A stretch of DNA of 63,117 bases, filler included, from Dicyema japonicum (taxonomy: Eukaryota; Animalia; Dicyemida): NCBI GenBank assembly GCA_011109175.1. It is 7 parts of 7 records of this genome, joined end to end, with 100 filler letters (N's around TTAATTAATTAA, not from the genome) between each part and the next. Parts side by side here need not be neighbours in the genome. Positions count along the whole stretch, not along the records: positions 19,730 to 36,763 come from RDEW01000018.1; 6 more parts are not named here. One strand, written 5' to 3'. This document shows, piece after piece, positions 24,186-36,863 of the stretch. The first letter of the stretch is position 1, and each line of letters begins with the position of its first letter. The translations under genes were made by a program, and so were the position numbers. The notes beneath the pieces are model-generated. The model was not told the DNA's origin. It saw only the letters and a list, made by a program, of their open reading frames with translations, and made no database searches.

Positions 24186-25368
24186 AAATATATGCTAATC
24201 AATATCTATATCTAATCTCCACATTAAGCCAAAAAAATCAAAATTTTTTTTCGAAAATGGACAATCATTTAAAACAATCGTTTTATTCTGCTTTGGTGGA
24301 GTATCATGGTTTGTTAGTTGCCACCATCTAAGCGCACCATATGCTCTTGCATGTCCACTACTTGATAAATTATAGTGTCTGAGTGCATATGTACAAAGCC
24401 TTTTATCTTTGATGGATTAAATCAGACTTTCTGGAAAGCGACATATCAAGAAATCTATTTTCTGAATACTCGAGTATCTGACAAAACTCAAAATTGCTCA
24501 ACCTACACTTTAAAACTACGTACAGAAATAAAATAAGTTTTTTTTTAATTTAAAATATTAATAAAGTTTTTTGAATATTAAATATAAAAAAATCAACAAA
24601 CTGCCACTATATTCATTTGAGTGACTTTTTGTTACCTTATTATTATTTTATAATATATCAAAGATTTTAACAAAAAATTACACCATTCAACTCAGAAAAC
24701 TCTGAATTATCCACGTTAAAATGTTTATTTCGATTAGTTCTTCCACGTACGGACAGTGACAAATTTTATTTGACCTGGAGTTTTCAAAAACTTATTATTA
24801 ATACTGTCTATTACCCTAGGATTAGGTGAACTTAAGATCTGGTTGGAGCCTTTCAGAAAGGACTTTGATGATCATCTGTAGGAGTACCTTTTATAAAATG
24901 ACATGTTAATAATAATTTTTTTTCAGCATTTCTGTGGGATTCAGACAGGTCCTGGTATACAAGTAAATCTAATAACATTAAAAATTACACGACGAAGAGA
25001 TCTTTTAGAGTTTTGTTATGGTGGTTAACAATTAAGGACATTTACCCNTTCAGAAAGGACTTTGATGATCATCTGTAGGAGTACCTTTTATAAAATGACA
25101 TGTTAATAATAATTCTTTTTCAGCATTTCTGTGGGATTCCAGACAGGTCCTGGTATACAAGTAAATCTAATGACATTAAAAATTAAACGAAGAAGAGATC
25201 TTTTAGAGTTTTGTTAGGGTGGTTAACAATTAAGGACATTTACCCGCATTTAAGTTAACAGCACTGTTCAAATAGACATTATTATAATGATGACTCAGAA
25301 ACTAAGATTTGACTCAAAATTTTTTTGATTTTGAGCAAAAGTACTTCTTTTTCCTGCAAAGTGATAAT

Positions 25369-25490
25369 CAGGGCGATTTTTATTTTGACTTTATAAATCG
25401 GAAATTTTGAGCTAAAAATTGACTTTATTGACTTTAAAAATTCAACATTTTGATTTTTTTGACTTTGTAATAAATTTATCTACAAAAAAA
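25369..25490 (+). mobile_element. Left end of an AT-rich MITE (TIR CAGGGCGATTT)
   Basis: Inverted match AAATCGCCCTA at 29899-29909; both halves carry TTGACTTT repeats. Confidence 0.5.
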
Positions 25491-25515
25491 NNNNNNNNNN
25501 NNNNNNNNNNNNNNN

Positions 25516-25692
25516 GTGACCTGAGATCAGTAACCAGACAACTAAAGGACGGTGAAGACCTTAGTAGTCTGCGGCACTTGGCATCGGACAGGAGGGGATG
25601 GGAAAGGCTAATTAAGAGGATTGTTCAGACGCGGCACGAATAGAATTATAGTTTATATGATTCTATGTAGTTGCTTATAATAATAATAATAA
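25516..25692 (+). mobile_element. RTE-like 3' end with (TAA)n tail
   Basis: DLSSLRHLASDRRGWERL; tail TAATAATAATAAT. Confidence 0.75.
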
Positions 25693-26239
25693 AGAAAAAC
25701 TAATCAAAATCTTTATTGAAATAAGAACATCGTCAATTATCTGACAGATAATCGAAGAGTTAGCCGCAGAAGACAATGACGACAAGATATTAAAAATATT
25801 TTGTTGGGATCAGAAATTTTTCCAATAAGTGTATTGACATATTTCTGTTCTCCTATATCAGTTTCAACAATCAAAAAAAATTTCAGATAATGAATGAAAA
25901 TAAAACTTGTAAAGTTCCTTCTGGCATAATTTTTCTACACTTGTTCTGCAAGCGTAAGTAGAAAGAAGATTATGTCCAATACTCTCAAAAAAAGTCTCGT
26001 AAGCTTTACTGTTTGACTTATGCAAGAAAATATCGGATTCGACAAAAGCCTTAGTGAATTATCGTCCCATTTGTCGGCAGATGGGAAGAGAGAATCAATG
26101 GATTTTATATTATTGACACCTATAAAATAGTAATAAAAATAATAAACTTGCTAATTTGATATGCTTCATAGAAGATCTACGTGATTCAATAAAAATTGCT
26201 TTTTTGCAGTTACAAATGTTAGTTAGTTAAAGCACATTC

Positions 26240-26850
26240 GCGTTACCAGTAAACACTGTTTATGGTTTCGCTTGTGCCATTTTTTCGATTATTCTTTCAG
26301 TCAGTCTTCTCCATTTTTTTCGTTGTCGTGCCCGTTTCCTGATTTCGTCCAGATTGTCAGCATCCATCAGTCGGGCTACGATCACTGTGTAATCCTTCGC
26401 AAGTGTTTTTAAAGGACAAATTTTTGGATGTCCTCTGAATGCAGGAGATACAGTATGGCTGAAAAATTCATCTATGGCGGCATTGCATGGTTTCTATTCA
26501 CCCATCCGTAGAATATGTCCATAAAGGCGNCATCCATCAGTCGGCCCACGATCACTGTGTAATTTTTCGCAAGTGTCTTTGAAGGACAAATTTTTGGATG
26601 TCCTCTGAATGCAGGAGATACAGTATGGCTGAAAAATTCATCTATGGCGGCATTGCATGGTTTCTATTCACCCATCCGTAGAATATGTCCATAAAGGCGA
26701 CAGCGTGCTTCAATTACGTTTAGACTTATTGGTCCACAATCAGTCAGTTGGTATAATTTATTGTTTGAGATTTTCTTTGGCCAAAACTATCCAAGGAGTT
26801 TTCCTAGTTGGCTTCTGTGCAACACGCCCCCAGCTGCCGAAGCCTTTAAA
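26240..26850 (-). mobile_element. RTE-like C-terminal fragments (partly duplicated, also 27170-27450)
   Basis: LYGHILRMD...PAFRGHPKICP...DNLDEIRKRARQRKKWRRL read on the minus strand. Confidence 0.7.
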
Positions 26851-27449
26851 TTTTAGCGTGCGTCATGTGGTTCACCGTTTCTGGTGGCGTCGGATATAGT
26901 CCTAAACTATATCTAAAAAGAACCATTTGCTCTCTACCAATCAGAGGACTTCCCACTGGACGGCATTCTCTCACTGTTGGAACATTCTATCGATTGAGAC
27001 TGTTGACCTCAGGAGACGTGGAACAAAACNNNNNNNNNNNNNNNNNNNNNNNNNNNNNNNNNNNNGATCACAGTCGGAGCATCGAGAAAAAATGGCCCGA
27101 TTATTGAGAGATGCCGGGATCACCTGAATATTAGTTATTGGTTAAGACGGTGTTTCTTTGGCTTAAATAATAATAATAATATGTCCAAAAAAGCGACAGC
27201 GTGCTTCAAGTACGTTTAGACTTATTGGTCCACAATCAGTCAGTTGATATAATTTATTGTTTGAGATTTTCTTTGGATAATAATAATAATATGTCCAAAA
27301 AAGCGACAGCGTGCTTCAAGTACGTTTAGACTTATTGGTCCACAATCAGTCAGTTGATATAATTTATTGTTTGAGATTTTCTTTGACCAAAACTATCTAA
27401 GGAGTTTTCCTAGTTGGCTTCTGTGCAACACGCCCCCAGCTGCCGAAGC

Positions 27450-29735
27450 CTTAACCAAAGCAATCGACGATGCACTCCGCTCCGACTCTATATACGACTG
27501 AATATGTTTGTTTAATTTTGCTCCTTTCGCACTTGGGTCCCCCCGAGATCGCAATGGGAAAGAGTCTCTCTCGATTGAAATGAAAAACAACATCCGCGCA
27601 TTTATGGATGGAACTCACTTTACGGATCTCCCGTACTTTTGCATCCGTTCAACTGAGATTTGAAGTTCAACTCGAGAAACGGAGATTTTTCGCCTAAGAA
27701 GGACCGATCGAAGTTGCTTGAAGGAGGAACCCAATCCGCATTGAAGACTCTCTCACTCTGATACTTACAAGATTCTATTGGAGAAGCATCCACCCTCCCC
27801 GAATGACCTACGCCACTGTTCACCCCAATCAAAAGCGACCCCTTTGACTACGTCGCCTGAGGATGTCATCACGGCGTTATGAAACTTCGCACTAAGTAGC
27901 AGTGGAGGTCTCGATGGCTTAAGGCCCGGCCATCTTAAAGACTTTATTCATCGACTATTGGAGACCAAGCATGTCGTCTCTCCTTCTCACTCACTTCTCT
28001 TATGAACAGGATATTATTTGGACATTTGCCTGATTTGATACGTCATATCTTGTTGACGGCTAGTCTGATTGCAGCCGACAAGAAGGCTGGTGGAATCCGC
28101 CCGATCGCGGTCGGATTCACCTACAGGAAACTAGCAGCCAAGATTGCTTCCAGATTTTCTACGTCATTCTTGTCAAAATCCTTACTTCCCAGTCAAGTTG
28201 GAATCGGAGTTCGTCTTGGATGTGAGGCAGCCGTTCACTCCGTCAGGACATTCAGGAACTTAAAAAGGCACATTATGGTAAAGCTAGACATCAAGAACGC
28301 TTTTCATAGTTTAAGAAGAGACTGCATTCTGGAGGCCTGCAAAGAAATATATTAAAACTGGTCAATTATTCATACGGAAAACCTACGGAAATATTGCACG
28401 GGGAATTCATGGTTCCATCGTCCTCAGGTGTTCAACAGGGCGACCCTCTCGGACCACTGCTGTTCTCCCTCGGAATTGAGAGGATTACGAGGCTCTCTCG
28501 ATGCCCACTCAACATCTGGTACCTCGATGACGCTGTCTTTGGAGGTCCCCCGGAAACGGTCTTCGAGGAGTTAGAAGTACTCATCCCCGCGTTTTCCGAG
28601 GAGGGTCTTGAGTTGAATACAACGAAATGTGAAATAACAAACTGTGGTCTTGCTGACGATGACTTCTCTTCAATTGTTCCAAAATTTTACTCCTTGTTTC
28701 CTGGTGGGATTTCGACCCCTGAAAACGAATTGATTTTTTTGGATCCCCGATCACTAGGAGTGTGATGAAGCATGTCCTCTTTGACAAAAAACAATTCCTA
28801 TGCGAATCGCTGGATAGATTACAGCTACTTGACTCCCACTCAACACTTCCTCATGAAAAGAAGTTTTAACATTGAGAGAATCGCCTATTTACTCAGGACT
28901 GACCCGTGTTATTCTCAATTGAAGGAGCTTGAGCATTTTGATTTGTCTTTCCTCAGCTCGACGGAGCAAATATTTAATGTCAAATTCGACGATGCTACAT
29001 GGAAGCAAGCTACAACCCTAGTTAGATTTGGAAGTCTTGAATCCGTCGTACTTTGGACGTCTCACTTCCTGCACATCTGTCTTCACTCACGGCCTGCGAA
29101 CCTTTGGTCAGGAGGATTCTAAACTCCCTACCCGAATTCTCAATTGACAAAGACATATTCCACCCACGAGAAGCCTGGAATGTTACCAACTTCCCCTGCC
29201 TCCTTCACAAGACTCCAGCGAAACCTGGATAATTTATTATGCTGGAAATCATTTGGACTCCTACTAGAATCAGCCAATCAGCACAGACGCGCTTGTTTGC
29301 TTTCGGGGGCTTCCTCCAAAAGCGGTGCCATGTTCAACGCCATTCCCAATGGAGTTCTGGGTACTTTCTTGGATGATGAATACGTCCGTATTACGATCTC
29401 ATTGTGACTGGGATTAAAAATCTGTGTTCCACATCCGTACTGATGCGGAGACAAGAGCGACTGTTTTGGCCTACACCCTCTCTCCTGCAGGAAGAGTGCA
29501 GGCAGATTTCCCGTACACATGGCCTTAAACGAAGTTGTCAGGCGAGCTTTGGACTGCGACGCTGGACTTCTTGATTCGTCTAGGGAATCGGATCGCTACA
29601 CGAAAAGGAGACTTTCGTGAGCACTGCTGACTATTCGAGCGAATATTGCTCGCTATCCTGAGAGGGAATAGCCACGCAGTCGGGGCAGCCTCTATATAAC
29701 CGTTTACTCTATTTTCTTTCTTCAATAAAATATAA
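27450..29735 (+). mobile_element. CRE-like non-LTR retrotransposon, long degenerate copy
   Basis: SSGGLDGLRPGHLK, GGIRPIAVG, KLDIKNAF, GVQQGDPLGPLLF, WYLDD, HPLSC, ILRGNS across frameshifted ORFs. Confidence 0.88.
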
Positions 29736-29739
29736 ACTT

Positions 29740-29909
29740 CAAAAAAATAAAAATTTTGAATTTATTGACCTAAAAAATTAAATTTTGACTTTTTTTGACT
29801 TTATAACTTTTGATTAATATAATATTTTTGATTAAAAACTACATTTTTATAAGTTTCTAACAATTTAAAAGAACATCAATTTTTGACTTTATTGACACAA
29901 ATCGCCCTA
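29740..29909 (+). mobile_element. Right end of the AT-rich MITE
   Basis: TTGACTTT repeats ending AAATCGCCCTA. Confidence 0.5.
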
Positions 29910-29939
29910 GTATAATTTATTAAAATCAGTGGTGTTAAT

Positions 29940-31853
29940 TAATTATTTTCGCATGCCATCGCGTCCGCCTGTGCCATAATGTCCGGGCAAATCCTTAAGC
30001 CTGAACATCTCAGACCAAAGTTCAATCACCAAATAAAATTCGATTTCACCGTATTAATTTCCCTACATTGAATTCACAGTCGTAGCCCACCCAACTTGTA
30101 ACAGACAACCTCAGAGAAATAAATCCTGAATAACGTGTTAGACATTCTCTGATTCAGATACTGATCAGATTGATGACTAACCTGGAAAATTCTTAAATTC
30201 AATGATTTAATGAAAATGTATCGATGATATTTTTTATCAAAAATTAAGAATAAATCATCCATTTGAAAACTATATTAGTGTAGCTAATAATGTCTAAATT
30301 CTCTTGAATCTGGGTTCGTCCTTTCTAAAGAATTGTTAAATAATTCGAACGCTTGATAATTCTTAATGTCAGATATCTTCCTTGTTGACTACAAAATGAT
30401 TAAAAAGACAAACCGTGCTGATTTTTCGAATTTTTGCCTTTTCGTAGATCAAATTAGCTTTAATCCTAGTATTTACCTTCTTCACGTTATTGCACATGTC
30501 ATAGAATGCCATACGCACGACTTTATTCTGGCATTACAGGAATTTAAAAACCTCAATGCCGGCGAAAAAACTGCTCTCCATCACAGCGTAGTGAGCATTG
30601 ATCATTTTATAGAAGAGGAAGGACCTGAAATCGTCAGTCTACAGGAGTTAGAAGTAAAGTACATTGATATAACAATTTTTTAGCTTTGGGAGGAAAGATT
30701 CGACCGTATTTCGACGATTGACGATAACCTAGAAATTAGAATGAGTAGAGACGTTAAATCTTCCATCTGGGAGTCTCTGAACTATGATGAACACGTGGAT
30801 GACTTTAGAGCTGATCATTGAGGGAGTGAAATTTGTGGGCTCTTCCTGGAATATTACGACGATTATGTCATTTCCAATAAACTTCTTCTTTGAGATCTAT
30901 TCCTTGTTTCTTCTGTTACCGGGATTACCTGATTTGGGGAAGAATCATCGTTAGACAATAATGTGGACACGTGGAATACTATTTCTAGATCTTCGAACGT
31001 CTGATAGTAGACCTTCTCCCTATTATCAGATTCTCCGACCCTAAATTCTTTTGGAGTGGAACTACTTTTTGAATTTTGTTTTCAAGTCCAAAAGACTGAG
31101 GAAGTCGTCGAAATGATGTGACTCTGTGTTTTTGAAAAATTCTTCTTCCGTGGTCTACGTTAAATGCGGTGAATCACTTGATTCTTTTTCTGAACTAAAA
31201 TTCCAATCTGGATTTTATTCTCCGTGGTTCCTTTCCCCAAATTGGCCATGTTTGTCGAAAAATCCAAATCCAGAATCGGTTCACATTTTACCAAATTCAA
31301 GCTGTCAGAGATTTCCTAAACAATTTTAGATCCCCAAACATTGACTAGCGAATAAATCGAATACTCGCGGTCGATCTTAATGTATCCAAGCAACTGAAAG
31401 ACTGGTCCTCTGAAAGTTAGAGTCATTTTTACTGAATCAGAATATTTGGACCATCTACGTATTTCGTCTTAATGACGGAAACGATAGTGTAGTTGTTTTT
31501 GGAATCCTCGCACAAAAAATTTAGGTGTTCCTAGAGTTTAAAAAAGTCAACTACCTTTTGGTAGAAATATTCTCTGTATTTCAGTACCTGATTCTTAGAA
31601 ACGTAAGGGACCACTCGATAATCCATGGTTTCCTTTGAATTTTCGTTTCCTGGGAGTTCCTTTAACCAAGCAGACTCTTTTTCATTGAAATTTATCGAAT
31701 TTTGGTTACGTTTTGGGGAAAGATCTATGCCAGAATATCCCTTAATGCTGGTCAGATGTGCAAAACCTCATATCGTTGGTCTGAGTAACTCTTATCAATC
31801 TTTTCCAGGAGATTTATCCATGAGTTTTTGGATGCCGCTTGTTTAGATTCCAT
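29940..31853 (-). CDS. Multi-exon host gene of unknown function (model incomplete)
   Basis: ATG at 31853 (MESKQAASKNSWINLLEKIDKSYSDQRYE) followed by a 26-nt GT-AG intron and further short AT-rich GT..AG segments; no recognisable domain. Confidence 0.45.
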
Positions 31854-33459
31854 GTTAGGTTTGTTGAATAATTACGAGGCACCCAATTTATTATTAAAAT
31901 TACGTTTTTCTGATTCTTAGTAAATTAAAGTATTCCGTGTTATAATTAAGGATAATTGAATTTGAATCAAAATTATATATTCTTATATCTCTAGTAATCT
32001 ATACTAAGAGGTTTTATGAGGGAGAGACATTATTTTGGAAAAAAAACTTCATTGTGATTAAGAAGTTATTATTTGAAAGTCCTCAGGGGATCAATTACTA
32101 AAAGCTTAGAGTGGTCATACACTTTCACTGCAATGGCCTCGGATATTTTAAGAAATCGTTGATATAAATTAAATTTTTATTTTAAGAAACCAGTTAAACT
32201 AAAAAAAACTAAGTGATCCCTACAAATTTAATCCAGGCTCTCATCTTGGCTCGATGCTCCTTTTTCGAGTCTACACAACTTCTTTGGGGTCTGGTTTTCT
32301 CATGATCACGTTGGCTCAGGTCTCCTCCGTTATTCCTTCTGATTACTATCTCCAAGGGTCTCAGCATCATGTTTTTGTTATCTATAGACCACTTCTCTGT
32401 CACTAAAAAAACTTTTTTTTGTTTAGCCGCAATTTTCTGAGCATTAGTCCAAGAGATCGAAGTCCCCTATGAGGAACATGCATAGGAAATACATGCCTCA
32501 ATATATTGGGAGTGAAGAGTTTTTAATACTGAATGATCCACGATTTTCCACAATCCCGTTAGGTTTTTTAGCAGGTTAAAATGGATTATTACAAAATTAT
32601 CAATTTCTCAATCATTAAAACAATTTCTGCAGTAACATAGGATTAATATTTGTAGATGGTACAGCTTACATTTTCATTGAGTACAATTAGTTTTCTTGAT
32701 ACTATTTTTGTATTTGAGGTAATTTTAAAGGATTTTAGAAAAAAACAGGATTTATTCCACATAATTAATCTGCAAAGTCAGAAAAGATTCATTCCTCAAT
32801 ATATCGTTGTGAATGCTAGAAAGAGTCATTGTTTTGTTTTGGTTCTCTCTTTGTCGTTTCCGCAAAGGTCTTTCATTTTCAACAGCTGGGTTCAGGTGAT
32901 GTGACTGCCCCTTTAATAGATCAATTTAACTTTATTCCCTAAGGACACGTGCTATCTCAGGTGAAATGACTAAAAATACTTCTTCGTCCAGTAATATTAT
33001 TTCCTTTTGAACTTTTCAGTAGCACATGTTCCAGATTTTTATACATTAATCTCCTAACATACATTGTTGTTATCATATCTGTCAAACAACACAGGTTATA
33101 GAAAAACTAGCGTCTTGTATATATCTTGATTGATGACTCTGTCTACTAATGAGAACAGATATCTTGGACAATCAGATAAACAACGACATAAATTTATTCC
33201 CAGCTACTTATTGACAGCTTTTCTTGTGTCCTCTTTCTAAATACATAAACCCAATTGATCTAAATTTCAATAATCCGAAAACTTAAATAATCTAAATTTT
33301 TGATGAGTCAGTCAAATTTTACTAAGCATCCGTACAAATATGATTCAATGAACCGAAACTTCATTCCACAATCTGAGTGACATTTATTAAAAATTTCGGA
33401 TTAATTTATTTAGTTTTTATTTTACATATAAATGAATTTACATTTTAAATTTAAAATAT

Positions 33460-34480
33460 TACAGTGCCTGCCACACGGTTAGAAAGAGGACAGAAATCTC
33501 TATTGCAAAGAAAAAAAGATTTTTTTGAATAAAAATTACATCAATAATAACTACAAAATTTTTTTTCTAATTTTTCGAGAAAATGATTATCCCATATCTG
33601 TGATATAAAAATTAGCCTTTATTTGGGAATTTCGAAACTCAGAAATTCTTCAAAACAGTGAAAAAATGGAAAAACGTGAACATGATAATTCACTTGTAAA
33701 ATTGATTTCAAGGATGGATGCAATGAATGGTTTTATTATTGAAGATATTATCATTTCAAAAACTAAGGTATTTGGAGAAAAGCTTGGAATTAGTGATATT
33801 TGGAATTAGTGATATTTAATTTATTATTTATTAAATGAATTAAAATGTTAAGGAAAAAAAGATCTTTTTATCGATAGATAATTGCTCTAAGCTACGTTTT
33901 AACGAATTTTTTTGAAAATTGAAATTTTATTTCTTTCAAAAAACACAACGCATAATTTATTAAATGAATTAAAATGTTAAGGAAAAAAAGATCTTTTTAT
34001 TTATAGATAATTGCTCTAAGCTACGTTTTAACGAAATTTTTTGAAAATTGAAATTTTATTTCTTTCAAAAAACACAACGCATAATCAAGAACTTTAATAA
34101 TTATTACGAAAAAGGCTTATTTGAGATTATATGGAAGCCCTTGATTTGCAATAAGAACTTTTGTGAATTTACGAATGGTCATCATTATAGAATCTCATCA
34201 TAAAGTAAAGAAAACAGAATAAAAATTGTTTCAAAAAGACATGGGCAATTAAATGTCTTGATTCATTTGATAATAAAGATATCATGCAAGATTCTGTTTT
34301 GATGTGTACCAAAAAGAACTGGAAGAACTTGCTAATGAGGAAGAAATAACTCAAACAGAAACCCTCGACGAGAACAAAATCCTTTTTGTGAAGATTATAA
34401 TGTCGACGAAGAAATTATTGATACTGAAAATGGAGAGATTATTATATAGGAAAACATCAATATTAATTACAGTAAAATTA
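33460..34480 (+). mobile_element. Degenerate Tigger/pogo transposase remnant (with ~128-bp tandem duplication 33827-34084)
   Basis: KVFGEKLGISD (CENP-B HTH-like) and IEILFLSKNTT (DDE_1-like) remnants. Confidence 0.55.
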
Positions 34481-35039
34481 GTAGATTTATTCCCCTCACA
34501 ACCCCAAAACCTTCACAATCCGAAAAGAATTCAATTTGTTTTGTTACGATTAATAAGGGTTTACTGTAGTTCAAAATTTTCTCAGTCATGGTCCGGTGAT
34601 TTGACTGATAAAACGAGAACTTAGCAGAGAAAACAAGATTTAATATTTAGAAAATATATTGTGGTTTGATGTGCGACACCAAACACTCGTAACCAAATAA
34701 GAAATAATTTAAGACTGTCCCTTACTACAATGAAGTATTTAATACCAACAAATGCTTTTATCCCCCTTGTAAAGACACGAAGAGGGGACTTTATATGCTC
34801 TCAATGTATTCGCGAATTACTCACTAATTAACAGTAACATTATGTACATTTAAAGACCAACCATTAGTTTCCAGTAAATAAAGTGATTTTTTTAAATAAC
34901 CCCATAGTGGGACGAATTACTTCCAATCATTACGTCTATCCATATAGGACATTATGAGACCCTCTCCAGTGAAGTAGAGAAGGGTGACATTTTTTGGTTG
35001 TTGGCCAGTAGCCAGCCATTGGAATTCACCTGAGACAAT

Positions 35040-35795
35040 TTGATCACATAACGAGTTTAATTAGTTCATTAATTTTAATTATAAAGAGCTGAGAAATTTA
35101 GTAATTTTGCTTGCAGATCCTGATTATGAACCTTTTAATTAAACTTATTCTTTGTACGAATGGTTATTGAAGAATCGCCTGTCTATCAGCACTAAGAAGT
35201 CCGTCACAACTCTCTTTACATCAGACAAGAGACTGGGAAGACGGACGGTCGATTTGAAAACTAACAATAGTGTTATCCCGTTCAGAAAATCTTAAAAGAT
35301 CCTTGGGGTGACTTTTGACACGCACATGTCATTAGTCATCCTCCCATGTTGAAAATCTAATTACAAAATGTGAAAAAATGATGTGTTGATATCTATCTGG
35401 ATTATGGAAGATCAGAGATAGTCCTATTCTGAATTATATTTACAACCAATTCATTGAACCGTGCATCTGGGGTCCATTCATTTTTGGACAAATGTCTTGA
35501 AAATTCATTGAACCGTGCATCTGGGGTCCATTCATTTTTTGGACAAATGTCATCAAAATTGAGGCTAGTCGAACAAGAGCCTTCAAAATTACGGAACGAT
35601 GGACTTCTGGAGAGTCTTAGCCTCCAATCCCTCTTGATTTCATGATAAACATGAACCGTGCATCGTGCCGTCGTGTCTATTAAGATCCAGTCATTCGGTC
35701 GATACGTGATTGTGTGGGGTCAAGGGAGGAGCATCGGGGAAAGTTGAGGTCTCTGCTAGAGCGTGCTGGGATCACGTGATTAATATTATTTATTT
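35040..35795 (+). mobile_element. Jockey-like LINE 3' half
   Basis: TTLFTSDKRLG, KILGVTFDTHMS, YIYNQFIEP. Confidence 0.75.
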
Positions 35796-35814
35796 AACCC
35801 AAGACCACGGTAAA

Positions 35815-36763
35815 ACCAAATTAATTATCACGTGATTTCGATGCATTCTAACAAAGATCTCATTTTTGCCCGGTGTTCTTCCTTCATGCTTGAAAGTACA
35901 TGACGGCTGCTTGAATTTTCAGGGCCACCTTCTTGTGATTTGGAGTCTAGTCTCATAAGGGTCTCCAGAGGCGTATGTCCGGTTCAGTGATTTTCACAAA
36001 TCCAACGCTCCGTTACTCTGCAAGCCCTCTTTTGCATTTTCTCAATTTTCCTCATATTTGTCCAAGATATGGACGGTCCCCACGAGGCGCATGCATATGA
36101 GAAACATGGCTCGATATACTGTTTGTACACGTTCATCAAGACTGGGTGAGTACCACTCTTCCATATTCCCGATAAACTTTTCAATACGCTCAGTTTTTTC
36201 TCTTATTTTAATAGAATGTTTTCTACGTGTGGTGTCAGACAGAGATGCATATCAACTGTCAAACCCAAGATCCTTTGACATCTGTTGAAAGGGATGCCAA
36301 CCTTTTTTAACTTCAAGGTGACTGTCTTTTTTCCCAATCTTTTGTCAGAGGTAAATAGTGACGTAGACGACTTCTCTGCATTCACCATGAGCCGGTTTTC
36401 CATTGAGCCTATCTAGGTTAATTTGTATTCTTTCTGTGGCCTTCTGGATGTCCTGATCTCGCGAAGCCAACACAATATCATCTGCATAGGAAAGTAGAAC
36501 ATTCAAAAGTCGGGAGATCGGCCAGAAAGAGGTTAAACAGAGCAGAGGATAAAGAAGATCCTTGAGGGACTCCGTTAGGGAGGAGAGGTGAGATTGATTT
36601 CAAACCTCCGAGACAAACACGTCCCCTTCTTCCACTTAGGAAGTTAGGTGATCCAAAGCTTTAGCTTGCCTGGGATCTCCTATTGAAATATTTTTCTCTA
36701 TAGAATTTTCCTCGAGACTGAGTCAAAAGCTTTATGTATGTCAATCGAGCAGAGCACTGTTTT
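35815..36763 (-). mobile_element. Jockey-like LINE RT and 3' half, tail-to-tail with the previous copy
   Basis: IDIHKAFDS, GVPQGSSLSSALF, SYADDIV, LFTSDKRLG, YKQYIEPCFSYA. Confidence 0.82.
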
Positions 36764-36863
36764 NNNNNNNNNNNNNNNNNNNNNNNNNNNNNNNNNNNNN
36801 NNNNNNNTTAATTAATTAANNNNNNNNNNNNNNNNNNNNNNNNNNNNNNNNNNNNNNNNNNNN

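Noticed and set aside
24852-25245. Exon duplications here and at 43904-44143, 46320-46615, 46676-47067, 58446-58729
   Set aside because: Near-identical blocks, often around a single N, typical of unmerged contig overlaps or allelic haplotypes
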